This document shows, piece after piece, positions 56,421 through 64,000 of a DNA stretch of 64,000 nt. Position 1 is the stretch's first letter. Each line of letters starts with the position of its first letter. The stretch comes from Candidatus Fermentithermobacillaceae bacterium (GTDB taxonomy: Bacteria; Bacillota; Sulfobacillia; Fermentithermobacillales; Fermentithermobacillaceae): assembly GCA_012841375.1 (NCBI GenBank), contig DUUV01000121.1:30186-94185 (forward strand). The letters run 5' to 3'. The notes beneath the pieces were generated by a model. The model made no database searches and was not told the origin of the DNA. It saw only the letters and a program-made list of their open reading frames with translations. The translations under genes were made by a program, and so were the position numbers.

Positions 56421-56924
56421 ATGAACACGGTGCGGGATATCCTGGAGACCGTGCTCATAGCCCTACTCATAGCGGTCCTGGTGCGGGCTTTCGTGATCGA
56501 GAGGTTCTTGGTGGATGGGCCTTCTATGGAGCCGACCTTGTGGGACTCCCAGTCGCTCCTTGTAAACAAGCTGGCCTACCGGTTTTCCCAGCCGAAAAGA
56601 GGCGACGTGGTCGTTTTCCGCTACCCGCTTGATCCCGAAAGAGACTACGTCAAGAGGTGCGTGGCGGTCGGCGGCGATACCGTTGAGATGAGATTGGGCA
56701 GGTTATACGTAAACGGTCAGCTCAAGGAAGAACCGTACGTCAGGTTTCCGGGGCTCTTTGAAATGAAGAGCGTTACGGTGCCTCAGGACTCCATATTCGT
56801 CATGGGAGACCACAGGACCAACAGCGAGGACTCTCGCATGTTCGGTCCTGTCAAACTAAGCCTGGTCAAGGGAAAGGCCGTGTTCGTGATATGGCCCCTC
56901 AAAGACATGGGCGCAATAAGGTAA
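56421..56924 (+). CDS. lepB: Signal peptidase I
   Basis: N-terminal TM anchor, catalytic DGPSMEPTL (Ser) and box D/E GDHRTNSEDSR. Confidence 0.9.
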   Translation: MNTVRDILETVLIALLIAVLVRAFVIERFLVDGPSMEPTLWDSQSLLVNKLAYRFSQPKRGDVVVFRYPLDPERDYVKRCVAVGGDTVEMRLGRLYVNGQLKEEPYVRFPGLFEMKSVTVPQDSIFVMGDHRTNSEDSRMFGPVKLSLVKGKAVFVIWPLKDMGAIR

Positions 56925-57805
56925 CCGCGCGCTCGAAGAAGGCGTCGGTAAAGAAGACACATCCCGGTCTACCGGCCGAAAAGGCCCTAGGCTTGGTGGA
57001 TGTGTTTCTCTTTCTCGCAGATGCCCGGATCCCTTTGACTTCGGTGAAGCTGGCCGAGCCTTATCTCCGCAAGCGGCGCCGTATATACGTACTAACCAAA
57101 CCGGATCTGGCCGACCCTAAGATGACCGCCGGTTGGGTCGAGTTTTTTGCCTCCCGGGGTAACCCTAGTTTCGCCGTGGACTGCAAGAGGGGCGGCGGCG
57201 TGGCCCGGCTCCTCCGTCACCTTCGATCGATGAAGGCGGAGATTGACGCCAAGAAGCCGGCCGTTCTTCTCCACAGGCCGCTCCGGATCATGCTGTTCGG
57301 CCCGCCCAACGTGGGCAAGTCCTCGCTGGCCAACCGCCTCCTGGGCACAACCAAGGCACCCTTCGGAGCGAAGCCGGGACTCACGCGTTCCAGCAACTGG
57401 CTGAAGGGCAGGGGCTTTTTGGAGATACTGGACACTCCGGGAGTAGTAGACACATCGCTGGTCAAAGGCGAGGCGCAGATGAAACTGGCCGCGGCCTGGG
57501 CCATCCCCGACAATAGGTATGATGCCGCGGATGTTGCGTACTATTTGGCCGCGAAGATCGCTCCTCAAGGACACGAGCCGGAAGAGTACCTGGAGGAGTG
57601 GGGGGCCGCGAAGGGACTTCTGAGTGAGGGAGGGCTGGTGGATCTCAAGCGAACATACAGGACGTTCATCCATGAGTTTCGCGAAGGTCTCCTCGGCCGA
57701 CTTACCCTTGAGTCGCCGGACGAGGGCCAAATAGGCGAAGGGCCGGGAGACACGGGCAAAGAATCGGTAATCGAGACAAACAACACTAAGAGGAGAGGGG
57801 AGTGA
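56891..57805 (+). CDS. rbgA: Ribosome biogenesis GTPase A (RbgA/YlqF), divergent N-terminus
   Basis: Circularly permuted GTPase: DARIPLTS, VLTKPDL (G4), GPPNVGKSSL (G1), LDTPGV (G3); 34-nt overlap with lepB; C-terminal low-complexity tail. Confidence 0.8.
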   Translation: MAPQRHGRNKVTARSKKASVKKTHPGLPAEKALGLVDVFLFLADARIPLTSVKLAEPYLRKRRRIYVLTKPDLADPKMTAGWVEFFASRGNPSFAVDCKRGGGVARLLRHLRSMKAEIDAKKPAVLLHRPLRIMLFGPPNVGKSSLANRLLGTTKAPFGAKPGLTRSSNWLKGRGFLEILDTPGVVDTSLVKGEAQMKLAAAWAIPDNRYDAADVAYYLAAKIAPQGHEPEEYLEEWGAAKGLLSEGGLVDLKRTYRTFIHEFREGLLGRLTLESPDEGQIGEGPGDTGKESVIETNNTKRRGE

Positions 57806-57830
57806 GGCGTCCCCGGGGGACGCCGGCGAG

Positions 57831-59036
57831 ATGGCGACATATTTGAAAGAACTGTACTGCCCGAAATGTGACAAGACCTATGAAGCGTCGCGCCCGCAGA
57901 ATCTTTGCGAGTGTGGCACCCCGCTGCTGGTCAGGTATGACTTGGGGAGACTCGCCAAAGAGGTCAACCCAGACGTCTGGAAAGGGCGACCCGAGGGGCT
58001 CTGGCGTTACCGTGAGCTGCTTCCCGTATCCCAGGAAGAAAACATGTTGTCTTTGGGCGAGGGAGGCACTCCTGTCTATTCATTGGACAAGATCGCCTCG
58101 GAGTACGGGCTCAAGAAGTTATTCCTCAAAGACGAAGGAATGAACCCAACCGGGTCGTTCAAAGCGAGGGGCGCCGCGGTCGGGGTTGGTCGGGCCAAAG
58201 AACTGGGGCTCAAGGCCTTGGCAATGCCCACCGCCGGCAACGCGGGAGCCGCATGGTCCGCGTATACGTCGAGAGCGGGCATCAAGATGGTCGTAGTCAT
58301 GCCCGAGGACGCTCCATTGACCACCCAAGCCGAATGCGTCGCTTACGGAGCCGAGACCTACCTGGTGAGGGGTCTTATCTCCGATGCGGGGAAAGCCGTG
58401 AAAGAGGCTTGTGCCAAGTACGGGTGGTTTGAGGTGGCTACCCTCAAAGAGCCTTACCGTATCGAGGGCAAGAAGACCATGGGGTTGGAGATTTGGGAAC
58501 AGTTTGAGGAAGACCTGCCCAGTGCCATCATTTACCCAACCGGGGGCGGCGTCGGGATAATCGGCATGTGGAAGGCTTTCAACGAGCTTAAGGAAATGGG
58601 CTGGCTGAGAGGGCCTCTCCCGAAGATGGTGGCCGTGCAGGCCGAAGGTTGTGCCCCGATTGTCAAGGCTTACAGAGAGGGCAAAGACAAGGCGGACTTC
58701 TTCCAGGGAGCCCATACGGTAGCGGCGGGAATTCGGGTTCCCTCGGCGCTGGGCGATTTCCTTGTCCTTGAAGCGGTTAGGAAGTCGGGCGGAACGGCGC
58801 TCACCGTTACTGACGATGAGATACTGGCGGCTTGGAGCCACCTAGCCAAGACCGAGGGGGCCCTCATATGCCCTGAAGGCGCCGCAGCGGTAGTGGCCGC
58901 CAAGAAGATCAAGGAAATGGCCGTAGTCGGTGCCGACGACTCGGTCCTCATCCTCAACACGGGCGCCGGCATGAAGTACATCGAACTCCTCAAGGAAAAG
59001 GCGAAGCTCCTGGAGACGGGCAGTCTGGTCAATTGA
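57831..59036 (+). CDS. thrC: Threonine synthase (PLP-dependent, N-terminal zinc-ribbon type)
   Basis: CPKCDK...CECG ribbon, PLP-lysine motif PTGSFKARG, glycine-rich GNAGAAWS loop. Confidence 0.8.
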   Translation: MATYLKELYCPKCDKTYEASRPQNLCECGTPLLVRYDLGRLAKEVNPDVWKGRPEGLWRYRELLPVSQEENMLSLGEGGTPVYSLDKIASEYGLKKLFLKDEGMNPTGSFKARGAAVGVGRAKELGLKALAMPTAGNAGAAWSAYTSRAGIKMVVVMPEDAPLTTQAECVAYGAETYLVRGLISDAGKAVKEACAKYGWFEVATLKEPYRIEGKKTMGLEIWEQFEEDLPSAIIYPTGGGVGIIGMWKAFNELKEMGWLRGPLPKMVAVQAEGCAPIVKAYREGKDKADFFQGAHTVAAGIRVPSALGDFLVLEAVRKSGGTALTVTDDEILAAWSHLAKTEGALICPEGAAAVVAAKKIKEMAVVGADDSVLILNTGAGMKYIELLKEKAKLLETGSLVN

Positions 59037-59134
59037 CGAATTAGCGACGGAAAGAGAAGCCGAAAAGCCGGCTCACCTCAAAGAGGCGGGCCGGCTTCCC
59101 TTCTTGGGCACAATATAGCACAGGAGGGTATGCG

Positions 59135-60007
59135 TTGATCCAGGAACCAAAACGTTTCTCGAGCCGGCACTGGTGGAACTATGTCACCATCCTTTTCGTT
59201 GCGCTGGGAATAGGCCTTTGGGCCGGAGGCCTGGTGGACGGGAGAGTGGTTTTCGGCGCCCTGCTCCTCTGGGTGTTCTCCGGCCTCCTGGTCGCGCCCG
59301 AGATCATCTACGAGCACCTCGGCTTCGCGGATAGATGGGTGTTTCATGACTACCAAAAGGCACACCAACGCTACCGTAAGGCCGTGGCCACGAATCGGGC
59401 CACTCCCCAAGCATATTGCGCCCTGGGCAGCCTTGCCTACGCCGAAGGTGACCTGGTCGAGGCAGCCAAGCTCCTGGAAGAAGCCGTGACCAAGCTTCCC
59501 GAAGACCCATACCTCCATTTCCTGCTCTCTGCCGTTTTGACCAGGCAGGGTAGGTATGAGGAGGCGCTCAGCGAAGCCGTCCTGGCCGGCAAGTTGTCGG
59601 GCGACAGCGTCCTCGGCGACATGGCGCTGGGAACGGTTCTTAGCGCCAAAGGCGATGTCACGGCGGCCGCTTCGGCGTATCAATCGGCGTCGAGGAAAGA
59701 CCCACGCCTTGTCCCGGCCAGGTTGGGCCTGGCGCAGTGCTACCTGTCCCTGGGTATGCCGGACGCGGCGAGAGCCGAGAGTGAAGAAGCGCTCAGACTC
59801 GATCCCAGGAATCCCGACGTCCTTTTCTGGGCGGGTCAGGTCGCCCGAGCCGAAGACAGGCGCCGCGACGCCGGCAAGCTGCTCCAGGAAGCCCTGGACG
59901 CCCGTCCCATCGAGGACCGGGCCTTTCTCGTACCTTACCGGGACATAGTCGCGTCATTGAGCGAGGCGCGGTCGGACCTTAGCCCGCCTCACTTGGATAA
60001 GACATAG
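59135..60007 (+). CDS. Membrane-anchored TPR-repeat protein
   Basis: Two N-terminal TM helices followed by about five TPR-like repeats (AYCALGSLAYAEGDLVEAAKLLEEA...). Confidence 0.6.
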   Translation: MIQEPKRFSSRHWWNYVTILFVALGIGLWAGGLVDGRVVFGALLLWVFSGLLVAPEIIYEHLGFADRWVFHDYQKAHQRYRKAVATNRATPQAYCALGSLAYAEGDLVEAAKLLEEAVTKLPEDPYLHFLLSAVLTRQGRYEEALSEAVLAGKLSGDSVLGDMALGTVLSAKGDVTAAASAYQSASRKDPRLVPARLGLAQCYLSLGMPDAARAESEEALRLDPRNPDVLFWAGQVARAEDRRRDAGKLLQEALDARPIEDRAFLVPYRDIVASLSEARSDLSPPHLDKT

Positions 60008-61692
60008 ACTATCTCTTCTGAGCTCGGGTCTCTCACCTCCACCCAAACGGTTGCGGAGACAGCTCCGTGTTCGGTCGTACCCGTGAACACCGCTGGATAG
60101 AATCCTGCTGCCAATCCATGGGGCACCGTCTGAGTGCCCTCCCAGGCACAGGGTGACCTCTCGGAGAGGCGGGTGATCTCACCAAACAGAGAGACCGACA
60201 CCTCCAGAATAGAGGGCGCCGAGAGCGCTTCCAGTCGCAGAGTCTGCCCCCAGGAAGCCGGGTTCGGTTCAACGGAGGCGAGGATCCAGGCGTCTTGGAC
60301 GCGCTCAAGAAACAGCGTCTCGGTTCGAACAGCGCCGGGAAACTCGGCCCGGACCGTGACCGGTTGGCGTCCAAGGGGAAGCGGAGGACCCACCGTCACT
60401 TCCAGGATCCAAGTCCATCCTCCGTCAGGGGAGGAGAGGTTCCTGACGGGCCCGGCCGCGAACTCCGCTGTTACCATGGATGCCTGAGGCACTGTCTCGG
60501 CGATGACCGTGAGGGCCTGGCCGTCGACGCACTCCTGCGGGTTGAGGCGCGCATCCAGTGAGTGGATCTCAAGATACAGGGGCTTTGTGATGGATAGGAA
60601 TACCCTCCCTCTCACGTCCTCAACTCGTGCCTGGTAGAGGTAAAGACCGCGTGGGAGCGGATTTCCGGAGTTGTCACGGCCATCCCAAGTGACAGAAGGC
60701 GGCGGCTCCCCGGGGGCCTGGCTCTTGTTGAAGTGATAAACGGGTAACAAAGATTCGCCGGCTATTACCGCCTGCCACGTTTTCACGCTCTGGTTCTTGA
60801 GGTATACGAAGTCAAAGTCAACCGTCTCGTCGACGCCATCGCCGTCAGGGGAAAACCTGTCCTTTCTCGCCGAGAACCTGATAAGGCAAGACCGGTACAC
60901 GACGGTCGCGGCTTCTCCCCGGGTCATAGACCGTCCGGGCTTGACGGTACCGTCATCATATCCCTCGATGATCCCGAGCTGCACCGCGCAAGCCATGGCG
61001 TTTTTCCGGTCTGGCGAGACATTTTGCCAGTCCCTGAACCTCCTCAGGATGTTGTTCGCCTCGGTCTGGGAGAGGGAAGACGCGTAAGGCTCCAAGTCCA
61101 GGGACCTCACCAGAAAGGCTACGGCGTCCTCTCTGGTTGTGGAGCCATCAGGGTAAAAGCTGAGGCCGGGGGCTACGAGGGAAATCCCGCCGGACAGGGC
61201 TCCCTCGATAGACTGCCAGGCCGGCTTGCCGTACAGCATGTTGTAGGTCTTGGGTACGTCAGGATAGGACGGGATCTCGGGCGAGGCCGGGGGAAGTCCA
61301 AAGACCTTGGTGAGCATTACGACGAACTGGGCCCTGGTGACATAACTGTCGGGATAAAACCAGGATATGCCGGGGTTTGATGGGGAAACCACTCCATCGG
61401 TGACACCCTCTTGCCAGAGGATCTTTATGTAGGTTCCCGACCAGTGGCTACCGGCGTCGATGTACCAGGGATCTCCTTGGGCCGAAGCAGAGGCGCCTAC
61501 GCCGAATGCCCCCAAAACCCCCAAGACCGCAAGCACTACGGCCACAAGGGCCCTGGTACAGCATATTCGCGATACGCGAGATACACCGGATATGCGAGAT
61601 ATGCCAGATGTAGATATGCCAATTGCACCGGATATCCGGGACACACAAGCTGCACACGAGATAAAGACAGCGTTCACAGTGGACTTTCTCAT
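59989..61692 (-). CDS. Cell-surface protein with three SLH (S-layer homology) repeats and large C-terminal beta-rich region
   Basis: Signal peptide ALVAVVLAVLGVLGAFGVGASASAQG, SLH repeats (FYPDSYVTRAQFVVMLTKVFGL / FYPDGSTTREDAVAFLVRSLDL / KPGRSMTRGEAATVVYR); ATG 61692 with GGAGG RBS; alternative GTG starts nearer the signal peptide. Confidence 0.7.
   Translation of the reverse strand: MRKSTVNAVFISCAACVSRISGAIGISTSGISRISGVSRVSRICCTRALVAVVLAVLGVLGAFGVGASASAQGDPWYIDAGSHWSGTYIKILWQEGVTDGVVSPSNPGISWFYPDSYVTRAQFVVMLTKVFGLPPASPEIPSYPDVPKTYNMLYGKPAWQSIEGALSGGISLVAPGLSFYPDGSTTREDAVAFLVRSLDLEPYASSLSQTEANNILRRFRDWQNVSPDRKNAMACAVQLGIIEGYDDGTVKPGRSMTRGEAATVVYRSCLIRFSARKDRFSPDGDGVDETVDFDFVYLKNQSVKTWQAVIAGESLLPVYHFNKSQAPGEPPPSVTWDGRDNSGNPLPRGLYLYQARVEDVRGRVFLSITKPLYLEIHSLDARLNPQECVDGQALTVIAETVPQASMVTAEFAAGPVRNLSSPDGGWTWILEVTVGPPLPLGRQPVTVRAEFPGAVRTETLFLERVQDAWILASVEPNPASWGQTLRLEALSAPSILEVSVSLFGEITRLSERSPCAWEGTQTVPHGLAAGFYPAVFTGTTEHGAVSATVWVEVRDPSSEEIVYVLSK
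61553..61636. repeat. Imperfect 9-bp tandem repeats ((A/C)GATA(C/T)(G/A)C(G/C) x about 7) inside the 5' end of the SLH gene
   Basis: Encodes (G/R)(I/V)S tripeptide repeats (SRISGAIGISTSGISRISGVSRVSRI) in the unusually long N-region preceding the signal-peptide hydrophobic core. Confidence 0.5.
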
Positions 61693-61814
61693 ACTAGCTG
61701 AACCTCCGGTCCACCGTGCCCCCGACACATAGTAACAGATTCTGCCCGCTATATGTCAAGTCATGGAAAATTTGGGTGCGGATGTTGACAACTCCTGGGA
61801 CTTCCTGTAATCTG

Positions 61815-61843
61815 GCGTCGCTGGCAATAACTGCCAGCGACGC
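61815..61843. promoter_or_regulatory. 12-bp perfect GC-rich hairpin/palindrome GCGTCGCTGGCA-ATAAC-TGCCAGCGACGC in SLH/cpaB divergent intergenic region
   Basis: No adjoining U-tract on either strand, so more likely an operator or 5'-UTR structure than a terminator. Confidence 0.4.
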
Positions 61844-61990
61844 GCCCGGTCTTCAGGTCGTTGGACCGCAGTGTGAAAGGGGGTGGATCGCTGCGGCCAG
61901 TTCCCTGACGCTCAAACGCCACCGGTGCCCTTCGCAAGCCCTTCCCGGCCGGGCGCGGCCCAATTGTTCGAAGAGGAGCGATATGACGAC

Positions 61991-62668
61991 TTGAGAACGA
62001 TTCTTCGGAAGCACAGGCTTCTCATAATATCGGGCATCCTCGGCATTTCTGCCGCCGCCATCTCCCATGCGGCCATATCCCCATATGTGGTCACATCACC
62101 TGTGGTGGTAGCCGCCCGTGAAATCCATGAGCACGAGAGAATCGAGCCCAAAGACCTCAGGGTTGTCAACTACCCGCGGAAGGCCGTGCCCAAAGACCAC
62201 TTCGCCGAGCCCGGGCCCCTTCAGGGCGCCTATGCGCTCACGCGCATTCTGGCCGGACAAGTGGTTATGAGCGGTCACGTGGCTCGCGGGAAGGGCGAAA
62301 TCGGATTGTCGGTAGACCTGGAGCCGGACATGAGGTGCGTGTTTGTCCCGGCGGGAGAGGAGCGGGCAGTCGGCGGGTTCATCAAGCGCGGCGAGAAAGT
62401 GGACGTAGTTTTTACGCCCAGAGGTGTGACTTACGCTGCCACCTTGGGAGGAGGGCAGGCTTCCTTGATCGTGAGGTCCCTGTTGGTGGTCGAGGTCTGT
62501 CGTGAGCCGTCTTCAGGGGCCTTCGCGGGTGTTGTTGTGCTGGCCAAAAGGGCCGAGGCCGAGGCGATCGCCGGCGGCATAGAGACATGCGCCGTAAGCC
62601 TGCTTCTGTCACCCAAAGAATCTTTCCCGGTCGAGAGCGCGCCTAAGACGGAGGCCTGGCTGCCGTGA
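61991..62668 (+). CDS. cpaB: Flp pilus assembly protein CpaB (SAF/RcpC domains)
   Basis: N-terminal signal anchor LLIISGILGISAAAI, then SAF-like domain (VVVAAREIHEHERIEPKDL) and RcpC-like C-terminus; TTG 61991 after GAGGAG; ORF-track start 61883 possible. Confidence 0.6.
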   Translation: MRTILRKHRLLIISGILGISAAAISHAAISPYVVTSPVVVAAREIHEHERIEPKDLRVVNYPRKAVPKDHFAEPGPLQGAYALTRILAGQVVMSGHVARGKGEIGLSVDLEPDMRCVFVPAGEERAVGGFIKRGEKVDVVFTPRGVTYAATLGGGQASLIVRSLLVVEVCREPSSGAFAGVVVLAKRAEAEAIAGGIETCAVSLLLSPKESFPVESAPKTEAWLP

Positions 62669-63762
62669 TGAACGATAGCCCCCTTGTGCTGATAGCAGGA
62701 GACTCCCATACCGAGAAAGCCGTTTCGGCTCGGTGGCCGAAAGCCAGGATAGGAGGCTCTTTTCGAGACCTCTCCCTGCTGGAGTACGTGGCATCGGGAA
62801 TTCGTCCTGACTTAGTCGTGGTTGACGTGTCCCTCTCGCCCCGGGGGGAAAGCCTCGAGGCGTGGGCAGCACGGTTCAAGGCAGCCTATCCATCGTCAAC
62901 GGTTACCGTGTTGGACGGCTCCACCAACAGGATGAGGGAGGATGTGAGTGAGGTTCCCGGGTCGACCACGGTATTGGCATCCCAGACGGTGGTCATCTGG
63001 AGTCCCAAAGGCGGCGTGGGCAAGACCTTCCTTTCGGCGAACCTGGCGTGTGCCGCTTCAATGGCGACGGGGGGCAACGCAGTGCTTCTAGACATGGACT
63101 TGTGCTCGGGAGACGTGGCGGTCCACCTTGACCTCCTCGACGGGCCAACCATAACCGATCTTATCCCGGTCCTCTCGGATATCCGCCCCGAAGGTCTCGA
63201 GAAGTACGCCCGCCGGCACGGGCCTTCGGGCCTGAATGTGATATGCGGACCCAGGCAGCCCGAGCTTTCCGATCTGGTTACTCCGGAAGTCGTCAAGTCG
63301 GTCCTTGCCCTTTCGGCGAAGAGGTGGGGGTTGACCTACGTGGATACGGCACCGGATATGGCTTCCGACGTGGTTGGGGAGTGCGTCGACGCGGCCACTA
63401 AGATCGTCCTGGTCACCACTCAGGATGTAGCCTCCCTGAAGCAGTGTCGCTCGGCAATGGACATCTTCACAAAGCTGGGTATACCGGGGTCTGCCATGGC
63501 AGTGGTGGTAAACAGGGCCTCCAAGGACTCGCTCATGCCGCTGCCAAAGGTCGAGGAATTCCTTGGGGTAGAGCTTGCGGGGGCGATCCCCGAAGACCGC
63601 AAGGCGGCCGAACGATCCGTATTCGAGGGCCGTCCGCTGGCCCTCCTCTCCAAGAGCGAGATCTCCGAGGCGGTGTGGAGCATCCTAGACCACCTATCAC
63701 CCGGATTGGGCAGAACGACATCAATGAAGAAAACTCCGCGAAGGAGGGGGCTTTTCTGGTGA
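62665..63762 (+). CDS. cpaE: Flp pilus assembly protein CpaE/TadZ (receiver-like N-domain + ParA/MinD-type ATPase)
   Basis: Deviant Walker A VIWSPKGGVGKTFLSANLA, MinD/ParA-like core; start overlaps cpaB stop. Confidence 0.8.
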   Translation: MMNDSPLVLIAGDSHTEKAVSARWPKARIGGSFRDLSLLEYVASGIRPDLVVVDVSLSPRGESLEAWAARFKAAYPSSTVTVLDGSTNRMREDVSEVPGSTTVLASQTVVIWSPKGGVGKTFLSANLACAASMATGGNAVLLDMDLCSGDVAVHLDLLDGPTITDLIPVLSDIRPEGLEKYARRHGPSGLNVICGPRQPELSDLVTPEVVKSVLALSAKRWGLTYVDTAPDMASDVVGECVDAATKIVLVTTQDVASLKQCRSAMDIFTKLGIPGSAMAVVVNRASKDSLMPLPKVEEFLGVELAGAIPEDRKAAERSVFEGRPLALLSKSEISEAVWSILDHLSPGLGRTTSMKKTPRRRGLFW

Positions 63763-64000
63763 GCCTCATCAAGAAACTCGAATTGTCTCCCTACCGGACT
63801 CTGGGAAAAGCCCAAACGGCAAGGGAGCGGTCATTGGAAGACGTTATCGAGACCGTGAGAGAAAAGGTACTTGAGAGTCACGCAGGTTTGGTCATGGAAG
63901 CAAGGCTGTCACGGGCCAAGAGGAACGAAGTTGTGGCTCTGGTCTCGGAACTCATAGTGTCTGGGGAGCTATATGTGGGCCGCCTCACGCGAAAGGACCT
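63759..64000 (+). CDS. cpaF: Flp pilus assembly ATPase CpaF/TadA (5' partial, continues beyond window)
   Basis: GTG start overlapping cpaE stop (GTGA); N-terminal region typical of CpaF-family secretion ATPases; truncated by window end. Confidence 0.7.
   Translation, partial: MSLIKKLELSPYRTLGKAQTARERSLEDVIETVREKVLESHAGLVMEARLSRAKRNEVVALVSELIVSGELYVGRLTRKD

Noticed and set aside
59037-59134. Terminator downstream of thrC
   Set aside because: An AGCCGGC/GCCGGCT stem exists but its loop is 16 nt and the downstream tract is C/T-mixed, too weak to call.
61716-61994. 92-aa ORF upstream of cpaB considered as a possible Flp pilin
   Set aside because: No signal-peptide or prepilin (G/XXXXEY) motif and no hydrophobic pilin core; the composition looks like intergenic translation.
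1-64000. CRISPR arrays, tRNA/rRNA genes, transposases/integrases, restriction-modification or other canonical defence modules
   Set aside because: No direct-repeat/spacer architecture, no cloverleaf-capable conserved tRNA motifs in the short intergenic regions, and no ORF with transposase, integrase, nuclease/helicase-defence or toxin-antitoxin signatures were found. All sizeable ORFs are accounted for by housekeeping or metabolic families.

Overview
This 64-kb window is about 63-65% GC and comes from an endospore-forming Firmicute. Spore formation is supported by an alpha/beta-type SASP gene, the germination protease gpr, ylbJ, a sigmaG-like promoter and B. subtilis-like ylo/ylq gene order. 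Almost all of the window is coding. Its backbone is the conserved Firmicute housekeeping synteny: mihF-remA-gmk-rpoZ-priA-def/fmt-rsmB-rlmN-stp-prkC-rsgA-rpe, then rpmB, asp23-yloV(fakA)-recG, then coaD, ylbJ, ylbN-rpmF, then fapR-plsX-fabH-degV-fabD-fabG-acpP-fabF-rnc, smc-ftsY, then ylxM-ffh-rpsP-khpA-ylqD-trmD-rplS-lepB-rbgA-thrC. Accessory blocks are inserted into this backbone: (i) a GT4 glycosyltransferase followed by an ABC-2 transporter, uppP and an L,D-transpeptidase; (ii) a tungsten-type aldehyde:ferredoxin oxidoreductase with polyferredoxin and MoaD-like genes; (iii) a ClpP-like TepA/YlzJ-like pair next to a GH57 branching enzyme and DUF4912; (iv) a glycyl-radical enzyme with its activase and a GT4 gene wedged between ftsY and ylxM; (v) a TPR protein, an SLH (S-layer homology) protein and the start of a Tad/Flp pilus locus (cpaB-cpaE-cpaF). 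The most unusual observations are an in-frame def-fmt fusion ORF, a PriA with degenerate Walker A/B motifs, the glycyl-radical enzyme island inside the smc-ftsY/ylxM-ffh core, a FapR-box-containing promoter in front of the fap operon, both fatty-acid kinase components (FakA/YloV and a DegV/FakB embedded in the fab operon), and several strong palindromes or hairpins in otherwise short intergenic regions. No CRISPR array, tRNA, rRNA or obvious mobile element was found. No classical defence system was recognised.
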